A stretch of DNA of 42,777 nucleotides from a virus (Duplodnaviria > Caudoviricetes). Position 1 is the first letter of the stretch. Each line of letters opens with the position of its first letter. Position numbers and translations under genes: made by a program. Where the stretch lies: the IMG/VR virus record IMGVR_UViG_3300025066_000054, positions 1 to 42,777 of that record; one strand, 5' to 3'. Positions 19,701-27,311 of this stretch are shown here, in pieces. The notes beneath the pieces are model-generated. The model was given only the letters and a program-made list of their open reading frames with translations. It made no database searches and had not been told where the DNA came from.

Positions 19701-21141
19701 AGAAGGTGCCTTACTAGGAAGGTACCTCTTTAAATCTAGGGGCATACCAAGAGGGCCTCAGTTAGACCTCTTCCTAGAGGGGATGGGCAAAGAGTTTGGT
19801 ATGACTACTGAGCAGATGAAAGACCTCAGACAACTCTATATTGACCTTGGACGGTATGAGGTTGACCCCTCTAATCTTGCCGAGGGTTTCTTAGAGTCTA
19901 GGGGAGCATTAAGAGTTAAGGGCAGTGCTGGTCGGGTGGCTATGCACAGTACAGGTAAGGTTTGGGACAAGGTATATAGAGCAGGGATGAAGCCTTTTGT
20001 TAAAGGCGAGGAGATTTCCCGTAATACAGGGTTCGGCGTGGCTGCCCTTAAGTACCATAGGGTCCAGATAAAAGGCAGTAGGACTGCCAAGTTAAATAAT
20101 TCTGAGGCTAGGTTCTGGATAACAGACAAGGAGCAAGCCTACACGCTTAGAATGACACAAGCTAATAAAGGGACTGCACAGTATGGCCTATCTAAGGTTC
20201 CACTCCAGTTTTATTCCTTTATGTTTCGTTCTATGGAAAACATATTCGTAGGCAGAAGCCTGACAAAGAGCGAGAGAGTGCGTCTTGCAATAATGCTTGG
20301 ACCTTTCTGGGGTACAACAGGCTTATCTGTAGTAAACGAACAACACTTGACTGATACAGTTAATTACTTCCTGCCTGAAACCCTCCAGATTGGGCAAGGA
20401 AGTAAGACACAGGACTTGATTAAGTACGGTCCCCTAGACGCCTTGTTCCAGTACGCAGGTGTAGACACTGCTTTCGCAGTACGGGTCTCTGTAGCCGATG
20501 GTATTTCACAGACTCTGAAGTCTTACCGAGAGGACAGTTTTGGAGAGGTTGTCTTAGGCGCTGGTGGAGGTAAATCATATGAGTTTGCCGGAGGCCTTGT
20601 TGCGGCTATGGCAGCTATTACGAGGGGTGACCCCTACTACTCTAAGGTTAAACTTGCTGAAGCCTTCAGAGAAATTAAAGTTATAGATATAGGGGCTAAA
20701 GTAAAAGGGATTGTGTGGGACGACATCTACCAAACCAAGTCGGGAAAACGTATCCAAGGACTTGACTTAAATACTGCCGAGACTATTGCCGTTGCGCTTG
20801 GTGTCCCAGTAAAAAAAGTCCAAGAGTTTTACGACGCAAATGACGTTATTTATGCATCATCAAAAGAGTATAAAATTGTATACAAAGCGACGGGTGTTCT
20901 TGTGAGTAGTTTCTGGGATGCAATTAATAACGAAAACAAAGAGGCTGCTGAAAAAGCTCTGGCGAGTATAGAAAGCCTACTTACATGGTCTAAACTTACA
21001 GAAGTGCAGAAAGATAAAATAAGGAATTCCCTTTGGTCAAGGTCTGATCAAGATGTTTTTGACTCTTGGCAGAAACTCTTGCGTATGGGGTATACCGGAA
21101 ACGCCGAGAGACTTTCAGAAAAGGTGATTAATAATGAGTGA
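16765..21141 (+). CDS. Large internal virion protein
   Basis: 1458 aa; position and size of podovirus ejection proteins. Confidence 0.75.
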   Translation: MVQILGEDRPPVILGEDTKEAPVSTPSTTQVKNRDMDSLVVFGKVSDEVTPEDLAALSSEAYDEVIAKVEETLTNPKNKAKDAENISDIQEKTELLNPKEYFAFVKASMKNPDLTALEVNSSIKLRYLQEKIEEEVESGSNKAGWFLNFLDREFLRMPWNILEDVFMSRGEKEGLVFLDAITGDMSLEDFKVFLEPIVADYKEQGVFLSSNPQALGDLSIRATSLGDYSAAQLDRLLAVFDLATAAVPVGTLGKGMLKKVVSVKGRVKLLNDMQHSSTPATRIGAASDSQTVAEQAAIRIANATDDTSNLSDLGPSAFNDAAPNAKVRPTLNFSTISARVVQATKDANAYAKRALGDTYDEAAITGWVTKIQGEVTKAVGRSLNNFKINYEKNTVVGFFGHARTGLPISKKTAEKIAKDIPEAKVIPVDGVEGKYLVQYEVPIDLDKFVKVEHKVEAIGGAIRQALSRLSHLNPIKGAYLRDNQALNNLAERVETGKITIKKFAKVLTTDIGKLSSREFEEVGDIVLDLQSRDLAQQRNWMSKDAFVDAWKARHNGKEPSQKVVKGYLSVVDLSNYNYILKAQSIIRKLHRNKVRRVSVVLGDEARPMAGQKVSKLPDDVDWVVEATTGRFVEFSKYSGPKKNIFKVETDLTDGLVETRYIVDTDTIHALDPQDVLGYNAGGPRINPEAQYFVTFQGADGKIVKVALSTTTRSQATKTVKQLETLFKKHADGTLTDADVAANNSWAKNLDMDTVSKFLKVASDEGWDLRAVSKVLYKARDERVYEGVVGDTFIPAATADEFVTFSRRSDVPLLHYGGSPTYNENPLGSVIAQTNTVSRQVASENYDTAAKVSLGRAAKNIVNKEGGNPDYVGWTDRDYYDIIGTEKLAGDTDLLKLLESRKRVFELRSGMVPEGEKLLGDLADTMSEVVTGGKYTPDNPSNALTRFGFSSTFFSDPFQVFLQSVQSINIVAMAGMKDGIEGALLGRYLFKSRGIPRGPQLDLFLEGMGKEFGMTTEQMKDLRQLYIDLGRYEVDPSNLAEGFLESRGALRVKGSAGRVAMHSTGKVWDKVYRAGMKPFVKGEEISRNTGFGVAALKYHRVQIKGSRTAKLNNSEARFWITDKEQAYTLRMTQANKGTAQYGLSKVPLQFYSFMFRSMENIFVGRSLTKSERVRLAIMLGPFWGTTGLSVVNEQHLTDTVNYFLPETLQIGQGSKTQDLIKYGPLDALFQYAGVDTAFAVRVSVADGISQTLKSYREDSFGEVVLGAGGGKSYEFAGGLVAAMAAITRGDPYYSKVKLAEAFREIKVIDIGAKVKGIVWDDIYQTKSGKRIQGLDLNTAETIAVALGVPVKKVQEFYDANDVIYASSKEYKIVYKATGVLVSSFWDAINNENKEAAEKALASIESLLTWSKLTEVQKDKIRNSLWSRSDQDVFDSWQKLLRMGYTGNAERLSEKVINNE

Positions 21142-23413
21142 ACTAGCCCCGACACTGGAAACCCAGATCGAAGCAATCCCTGTCATAGATCAGCCGGATG
21201 TAACTGAAGCCTTCAGAAGTTTCTTTAAGGGATCGACATCGGGTGGCCCTACTGAGGCAGGTAGAAAGAGACAAGCTAACCAAAACTACGTGTCAGAGAT
21301 GAGTAAGGCTCTTGAAATTGTAGGCTCTAACGAGGTAGCTGGAAAGATGCTTGCACAAAAGGCTTATTATAACCTCATTGCGGCAAACGGGGGTAGTACG
21401 TCAGATCAGGCGGCCTTCTTTACACGAGTCACGGGTTCAAGACCAGAGGATTTTGGAGTGGACACGGAAGAGACTGCAATGCAAAAATGGATATTAGACC
21501 ATGAAAGTACTTATCGAGCCTACCGGGTCTTGGTCCTTAACAAGTTAAATGATGGCAGTAGTGGAGAAAAGACATTTAGTGAAGAACAGATTAACAAGGA
21601 AGCTTGGTTACTTAAAATACGTTACGACACTAAACAGGCTGTTTTAGCTCAGCAGGAACAAATGGCGAAAGCAGGCGAGGATATTGATGGTAATAGTGTT
21701 ATAAGTGCTGTAGCCGATGAATATGTCAAGGTTTTCGCCATGTTTAAAGAAGCATTGAAAGATAACCAAGTTTCACAAATGGAGCGACAAGAAATAGCTG
21801 CAATGGTGAATGGTTATTTCCAGACTAGGTATGCTCCGTTCTTAGGCGAAAATGGCAACACAGAAGTTAAAAATTATTTTAAGTCTATGAAGGGGTTAGT
21901 AGGAAGTTTAGATAGCTTTGATAACCCAAAAGCTCTGTTAGACAGCGTGACCAGAGTTCTTCAAAAGCAAGGTGTAAACCCTGTAGTGATTGCGGCCCTT
22001 AATAAACTTATTGATGCCAACCCAGAAAGGGTGCTAGAGATGGCGGGGGGCGATCTGGATGCGATGATCAAAGTGTTAAAAAGCTCTGGTAATAATTTTA
22101 CTATAGGCTTTGGTGAACTGAAAGAAAAAGTTGAAGAAGAGGGTGTGGACCCTAGCACTTATGTTAAGGAGGCCCCTCAAAAAAGTGTTGAAGAGTGTCT
22201 TGACTATCTTCAAGAAGTAGCTTTTACAGTAGACCTATCCAAAAAGATTGAAGGAGACCCAGAGGCCGCAAAGGACTTTTCTTTTCATAGCAAGGCATGT
22301 TTAGCTTTGGTGTCAGAAAACCCTAGCTTCATCCTTGGTGGGAAGTATGAAGAGAATTTCGCCGGACCAAATTTCATTAAAAATCTCGAAGCTCTTTTCG
22401 GAGTAGACGGCGAAGCTGCGACTAAAGTTTTGAGAACAGTGCAGAAGTCTGTAGCTGCCCAAGCCAATCAAATTTTAACTGAAATTGGCTCTCTCTCGGA
22501 TAAGTCTGAAGGTGCTGGAAAGTACCTTACCTATAACCAAGACACAGGTGAGGTGTTTTTTGACTTCGACAAACTAGAAAAAGACCTTAATAAAGAGGCA
22601 GAAAATGACTTGGAAACTGGAAGTGTAGTCGGACAGCTTACCCAAAAGAAGCTTCAAATGTTTTATAAGATTAGAACCATAATAGACGATCAACATGGAG
22701 GCAGTTTCCAAAAGTATCTCAACTCCAAGGCTTTTAGTGTAGAAGATTACTCAAGTATTGATAACCTCCTCGGCTCTAGGTTAAAACCGATTTTAGGCCT
22801 TTATGAAAAGATTAGAGTCCTCGAAGGCAAACGAAAACGACTAGTTAAACTAGCCGATGGCAATCCAGTGGATATAGGCTTGTTCGAATATGAATCTGCC
22901 CGACATCAAAATGATAATATAGCTGTTTCAGTTCTCCCAAACATTCCTCCTTTGGTTGATCCCAGAGAACAGGAAGCCGCCGGAAAAGTGCAAGAAGAAA
23001 TTGATAGTATAGTTGAACCCGCTATTGTTTTTGACCAAGTGGACCAGGCATCAGAAGCTGCCAGCAACAAAACTCCTGAAGATAGTGATCTCTCTGAGGA
23101 GAATCTGCGAGAGGCTATACGAGGATTTATGCCGAGATGGTTGCGTGGTGCTGAACGAGAGGCCCACATTCTCAAGAAAATGGAGAGTTTTAATGTTGAC
23201 AAAGATATTCTCAGAACCTTAATCAAGAAAGTACTACGTGAGGAGGATCAGAGTACTTACGGCACAGAGGAGAAACCTTGGCCTATAGCTTGGACGGATG
23301 AACAGACAGAAGATGAAAAGCTTTTCAATAGTCTTGATAACGGTGATTGGTTTATTGATCCAGATGGTACCAAGAGACAGAAACAACGAGACATCCCAGT
23401 GGAGGGTAATTGA
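21134..23413 (+). CDS. Internal virion protein
   Basis: 759 aa, helical; C-terminal GDWFIDPDG motif; overlaps the upstream stop. Confidence 0.65.
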   Translation: MSELAPTLETQIEAIPVIDQPDVTEAFRSFFKGSTSGGPTEAGRKRQANQNYVSEMSKALEIVGSNEVAGKMLAQKAYYNLIAANGGSTSDQAAFFTRVTGSRPEDFGVDTEETAMQKWILDHESTYRAYRVLVLNKLNDGSSGEKTFSEEQINKEAWLLKIRYDTKQAVLAQQEQMAKAGEDIDGNSVISAVADEYVKVFAMFKEALKDNQVSQMERQEIAAMVNGYFQTRYAPFLGENGNTEVKNYFKSMKGLVGSLDSFDNPKALLDSVTRVLQKQGVNPVVIAALNKLIDANPERVLEMAGGDLDAMIKVLKSSGNNFTIGFGELKEKVEEEGVDPSTYVKEAPQKSVEECLDYLQEVAFTVDLSKKIEGDPEAAKDFSFHSKACLALVSENPSFILGGKYEENFAGPNFIKNLEALFGVDGEAATKVLRTVQKSVAAQANQILTEIGSLSDKSEGAGKYLTYNQDTGEVFFDFDKLEKDLNKEAENDLETGSVVGQLTQKKLQMFYKIRTIIDDQHGGSFQKYLNSKAFSVEDYSSIDNLLGSRLKPILGLYEKIRVLEGKRKRLVKLADGNPVDIGLFEYESARHQNDNIAVSVLPNIPPLVDPREQEAAGKVQEEIDSIVEPAIVFDQVDQASEAASNKTPEDSDLSEENLREAIRGFMPRWLRGAEREAHILKKMESFNVDKDILRTLIKKVLREEDQSTYGTEEKPWPIAWTDEQTEDEKLFNSLDNGDWFIDPDGTKRQKQRDIPVEGN

Positions 23414-23414
23414 C

Positions 23415-24554
23415 ATGGCTGGTACAGGAATTGATTGGGATGCATACTCGACCAAAAGCTCCGATGCAGTCTTTAATGACCTAACACGAGGTGATAAAGG
23501 AGATAGGGTCACTATACTACAAAAGAACCTGATTGACGTTGGCTACAAGGTAGGTGGTGTTGATGGTATCTTCGGTGGTGGTGTTCAACGTGGACTGAAG
23601 AAGTTCCAGAAAGACTTCGGACTACCAGAGACGGGTATTTATGACCGTGCTACAGCAGAAGCTATGGCTGGGGCACCTGAGGTTATCGGTCAGCAACAAG
23701 ACCCACGGGGAGAGGCTAACGAGTTCACCAGAGGATACCAAGATGGGGAAGCTGGAGAGACTTTTGGTGAGGAAGACTTAGTTATTTTCCCCGATAAAAC
23801 ATTCATACATGATCGGAAAATAACACCAACGTCTATTATGGTACACCACACAGGTAGCTCTAGTTCAGATGTTTTTGGGGCTGTGAAGAACAGAGGTTTG
23901 AGGGTACACTATGCTGTACAGCCTGATGGGACTGTTGAGCAGTTTATGGAAGGCACCGTATACGGCGCTCATGCAGGTGGTGGTTGGAACCAAGGAGATA
24001 TAGGTAACTCTAATACTATAGGTATAGAATTTGTGGGAAGTAACGATGGAGCTATCACACAGAAGCAGATTGACTCCGGTGTTAGGTTCCTTCCCTACCT
24101 TATCAAAAAACACGGCCTGAACCCAGAAGACGTAGTAGGGCAGATGGAAGTATCCACACATAAACAGGCTGGAGAAGGGGCCAGAATCCTGTGGGAGTAC
24201 AGCAAGGCCCAAGGGCTAGATAGACCTAACTACTTCTCCGTAGGTTCTGGTAAAAGGCTACGTGACTGGGTTATCTACGGTGGTTTCACTGAAAAGGATG
24301 CTAAAAAAACATGGGAGAACTGGTCTATTGAAAAGGATGGGGTAACCTATTCGGGTTGGTCAGGTGCGCAGGACTTGTACGACAAGGAGGCTGAAACAGT
24401 AGGGGCTGCCCTCGTAGCAGCAGGTTACACCAATGACCAGAAGGGTATGAAAAAGTACCTAGTAGACTCCGGTGTTAAACTTCCATCTAGGGTTGGAGCC
24501 TACAGGCTTTCTAATAGCCTTGCAATAGCTCTGCTTAGTGGAAAATCCAAATGA
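23415..24554 (+). CDS. Endolysin: peptidoglycan-binding domain plus Amidase_2-like domain
   Basis: ATG at 23415 with GGAGG RBS; LxRGDKG..LQ..VDGIFG..FQ..GL..TG PG-binding motif; VHHT, HY, HAG and IGIE amidase motifs. Confidence 0.85.
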   Translation: MAGTGIDWDAYSTKSSDAVFNDLTRGDKGDRVTILQKNLIDVGYKVGGVDGIFGGGVQRGLKKFQKDFGLPETGIYDRATAEAMAGAPEVIGQQQDPRGEANEFTRGYQDGEAGETFGEEDLVIFPDKTFIHDRKITPTSIMVHHTGSSSSDVFGAVKNRGLRVHYAVQPDGTVEQFMEGTVYGAHAGGGWNQGDIGNSNTIGIEFVGSNDGAITQKQIDSGVRFLPYLIKKHGLNPEDVVGQMEVSTHKQAGEGARILWEYSKAQGLDRPNYFSVGSGKRLRDWVIYGGFTEKDAKKTWENWSIEKDGVTYSGWSGAQDLYDKEAETVGAALVAAGYTNDQKGMKKYLVDSGVKLPSRVGAYRLSNSLAIALLSGKSK

Positions 24555-24877
24555 AGTATGTAATCTCTTTATCACTAATACTTCTACTATCTGCCTGTGG
24601 AGGAGGGCCTCTATCTCTCCTGACAGGTGGTGGCCCTAACGTAGCTGCAAATGTGCAGGCAGGTCAAGAGAACACTCAAGCGGTGTCTCAGGTGGAGGCT
24701 AACCAGACTGAGAACACTACAATAGACAACGGTGGTACTGTGACGATTTTGAACAACGATGTACCCCTCTGGTACATGTTGCTGCTTATACTAGGGTGGG
24801 TACTCCCGTCACCTAAGGAGATAGGGAGGGGTATCATAGCTCCGTTCAGGGGCCTGGTTATTAAGAGAAAAGAGTGA
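24551..24877 (+). CDS. Lipoprotein, probable unimolecular spanin
   Basis: Signal peptide with LSAC lipobox plus a C-terminal TM helix; directly after the endolysin. Confidence 0.75.
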   Translation: MKYVISLSLILLLSACGGGPLSLLTGGGPNVAANVQAGQENTQAVSQVEANQTENTTIDNGGTVTILNNDVPLWYMLLLILGWVLPSPKEIGRGIIAPFRGLVIKRKE

Positions 24878-25107
24878 AGACAACCATTGTTATCCTCTTC
24901 CTAGTCAACGCTGCTTGGGTGCAACTAGACGGATGGGGGGAGCGAGAAGCTAAGACAGAAGAAGAGTGTTTAGTTTGGGTTGAAAGGGTAAATGAGGTGC
25001 TAAAGACATCGACTACCTTAGAGTATAAAGTGTACTGCGAAAGGGTTAAATCTCCTTCTCAAACTCATATAGACGTTTCCACACAGACAGCAGTTCAATC
25101 ACAGTAG
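24874..25107 (+). CDS. Hypothetical protein
   Basis: GTGA coupling with the spanin gene; its 3' end overlaps the convergent sbmA-like gene. Confidence 0.5.
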   Translation: MKTTIVILFLVNAAWVQLDGWGEREAKTEEECLVWVERVNEVLKTSTTLEYKVYCERVKSPSQTHIDVSTQTAVQSQ

Positions 25108-26005
25108 GCCACGACTTGAAGAGGTACATAAAGCTGCCCTCCACCCTACCGAATGCCCTCAGTATTTGCTGCATAGTACCTAGTGTAATAATTCCTGCTA
25201 CTATGGTTGGTGCAAGAACAACGTAACCCACTAGTACGTTAGCTTGAAGACAAGCTAGGCGAACAACATTAAACCATAGATACCTAAAATAGTTGGTGAA
25301 GTGAATTGACTGTACGTCATTATATAAATCAGCAAAGGTCTTAGGTTTCACCTCTCCGTCTTCTGCTTTGACTAGAACCTTGCGGTAAGCGGCTTCCCTT
25401 GCCTGAATGTCGTACTCAACTCCAACAAGGTTAAGGAACCTACCTGCTAACCATAGGGCTAAGGTGATCCCCACACTCCAGACAACGGCAGAAAAGATTA
25501 GTCCGTACTGCCAGCCGCCAAAGAAGGTAGTCGTGAGACCTGATGATAAACCCCACAACACAGGTACAAAGGCCAGAAGGATCATCACACTCTCTACTAA
25601 CGCCACCCCCAAGTTCTCCATCAGTCGAGAGAACTTAACTGTGTCCTCCTGAACCCTCTGGGCCACACCCTCAATATGCGATACCTTGCTATAGACTGAA
25701 TGGTACCATTCGACCATAGACGTTCTCCAACGGAATAGCCAGTGGGAGGTAAAGAAAGATAGGATAAGAACAACAGAGATATAGACTGTTGCTATCTTAC
25801 CAAAGCTGAGTAGTTCTTTGAAGTATTCCGGCAGAGTAACAGAATTAGGTTCCGTCAAGGCCCTCTGTATCATGTTGTAGAACGTACCAAACCACTCGTT
25901 TATCTTTACGTCTAGTTGGACTTGGTACCACATAGCCCCTAGTATAAAGACAGCCCCAAAGTAAGCCCATACGGCCCACTTCTTTGTTGTCCAAAACCTA
26001 CCCAT
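25046..26005 (-). CDS. sbmA: SbmA/BacA-like peptide transporter
   Basis: Multi-TM protein with VQLDVKINEWFG.FYNMIQ.AL, SHWLFRWRT.M, IEG.AQRVQEDT, EAAYRKVLV and SW.TVIELLSV.KRL..FE, matching my recollection of this family. Confidence 0.8.
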   Translation of the reverse strand: MGRFWTTKKWAVWAYFGAVFILGAMWYQVQLDVKINEWFGTFYNMIQRALTEPNSVTLPEYFKELLSFGKIATVYISVVLILSFFTSHWLFRWRTSMVEWYHSVYSKVSHIEGVAQRVQEDTVKFSRLMENLGVALVESVMILLAFVPVLWGLSSGLTTTFFGGWQYGLIFSAVVWSVGITLALWLAGRFLNLVGVEYDIQAREAAYRKVLVKAEDGEVKPKTFADLYNDVQSIHFTNYFRYLWFNVVRLACLQANVLVGYVVLAPTIVAGIITLGTMQQILRAFGRVEGSFMYLFKSWPTVIELLSVWKRLYEFEKEI

Positions 26006-26603
26006 TGCATTTATTAACCCTTTTCATGGCTAGTCTAGGTTTGACAGAGAAGGGATCGTTGTCCCGCAGTTGTTTGATAAAGTCTGTACTGCCTAAGTCA
26101 AGGAAACGACAAGGGGATGTATCAGCTATAACGGACTTTGCAAAGTTAAAGGTAAAGCCCATCTCAATAAGATACTTAGTTCCGTCATGGTGGCTTGAAC
26201 TAGTCAGACGGGCAAACTCGTCAACGGTAATCATCGTAGGCATCATCCTGTAGTAGCCCCTGTGTATGATTAACTTCCCGTCTGTGTATATAAGAGGACT
26301 ACCTAAGGCAGCATAAGCACAGGCAGAAGCACAGGTGGTACCCTTTGGGACAGTCACTATTAGTTTATTTCGGCGGATAAGCCGACCTAAGGATAGGCCA
26401 GCGTAGAAGTCACCACCTGGCCCCTGCATACGGAGGCCCCTGACTTCATTGGTCGCTAGTATGGTATTCAATCTCACCCACTGTACAGAGTTAGTAACCC
26501 CGTACAGTGACACGATTTTTGTTTCTTTGTCGTAAGTCACCCCCGCCTGTGTGGGGCTATGTAGTAAAGTAAAACAAGCTAATGCGGCAAGCAGTCTTAG
26601 CAT
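25998..26603 (-). CDS. Secreted ClpP/crotonase-fold protein (COG3904-like)
   Basis: Signal peptide ending TQA; GPGG..G..LGRLIR, CASAC and IHR motifs; AGGAG RBS. Confidence 0.65.
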   Translation of the reverse strand: MLRLLAALACFTLLHSPTQAGVTYDKETKIVSLYGVTNSVQWVRLNTILATNEVRGLRMQGPGGDFYAGLSLGRLIRRNKLIVTVPKGTTCASACAYAALGSPLIYTDGKLIIHRGYYRMMPTMITVDEFARLTSSSHHDGTKYLIEMGFTFNFAKSVIADTSPCRFLDLGSTDFIKQLRDNDPFSVKPRLAMKRVNKCNG

Positions 26604-26618
26604 CTTTCTCTCCTCTTC

Positions 26619-27116
26619 TTAGAGATTTATTAGTTCAGCTTCAGGATAGGGTATATGGTAGAACAACTCACCCTTAAGTATGTGTCTCTTCCTGCCCCCT
26701 GTTTCCTTATTAAGATGGCGGGAATGAGGTTGGGCTGGTTCTTTAATACGGTCCTCGGTTAAGGCGGTACCCTTTATCCGCCAACATTGTTTAAAATCTT
26801 TTCGGAAGACGTAGAAATTTAACAACGTAAGTAGTTTGGCTTCATCCTTATGTTTTTTTATCAGTCTGTTTTTTCTTTCTGGTATTCTTATCTCTCCCCA
26901 ACTCTCAGGCCAAGGCCCCTTCCAAGATACTTTAACCTCTGCTTCACTGTGATAGGTGTAGCCACCCTTCGTAGATACAACGTCTGCGTAGTAGGTTTCA
27001 GAAGTGTCTAAGATTTTGTGGCCCCTTGTCTTTAGAAGGCGAGTCAAAGCGTCCTTAGCAGGTCCATCAAACGCTTCGTAGTCTCTACGACTAAACTTTT
27101 TTCTTACCGCTACCAT
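26619..27116 (-). CDS. Hypothetical protein with PD-(D/E)XK-like motif
   Basis: ADVV...EAEVK motif; AAGGAG RBS. Confidence 0.6.
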   Translation of the reverse strand: MVAVRKKFSRRDYEAFDGPAKDALTRLLKTRGHKILDTSETYYADVVSTKGGYTYHSEAEVKVSWKGPWPESWGEIRIPERKNRLIKKHKDEAKLLTLLNFYVFRKDFKQCWRIKGTALTEDRIKEPAQPHSRHLNKETGGRKRHILKGELFYHIPYPEAELINL

Positions 27117-27130
27117 AGTAGGCTCCTTGT

Positions 27131-27207
27131 TGGCCTCCCCCGTAGGACTCGAACCTACAACCTTCTGATTAGAAGTCAGATGCTCTGTCCAGTTGAGCTA
27201 GGGAGAG
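27131..27207 (-). tRNA. tRNA-Arg (UCU)
   Basis: Acceptor stem CTCTCCC/GGGGGAG, anticodon arm TCTGA-CTTCTAA-TCAGA, GGTTCGAGTCC T-arm, encoded CCA. Confidence 0.95.
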
Positions 27208-27213
27208 AAGGGT

Positions 27214-27300
27214 TTAGTTGAACAGACTACCAAATATCATAAGGGCGATTACCCCTATCACAATGATAGGCAGGTACTTCTTAATGTTAAAATTTTGCAT
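27214..27300 (-). CDS. 28-aa single-TM peptide
   Basis: MQNFNIKKYLPIIVIGVIALMIFGSLFN; AGGAG RBS 8 nt upstream; fills the gap between the RNR and tRNA genes. Confidence 0.7.
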   Translation of the reverse strand: MQNFNIKKYLPIIVIGVIALMIFGSLFN

Positions 27301-27311
27301 TGTGTTTTCTC

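Noticed and set aside
23298-23414. N-terminal hydrophobic (SAR-like) extension of the endolysin
   Set aside because: It overlaps the upstream gene by 116 nt, and the GGAGG RBS supports the ATG at 23415 instead.
16770-23512. Many - strand ORFs opposite the internal virion genes, and similar shadows elsewhere
   Set aside because: They are fully nested antisense to well-supported genes and lack RBS or motifs.
27131-27207. tRNA as a prophage attachment site
   Set aside because: No integrase and no duplicated tRNA 3' end were seen.
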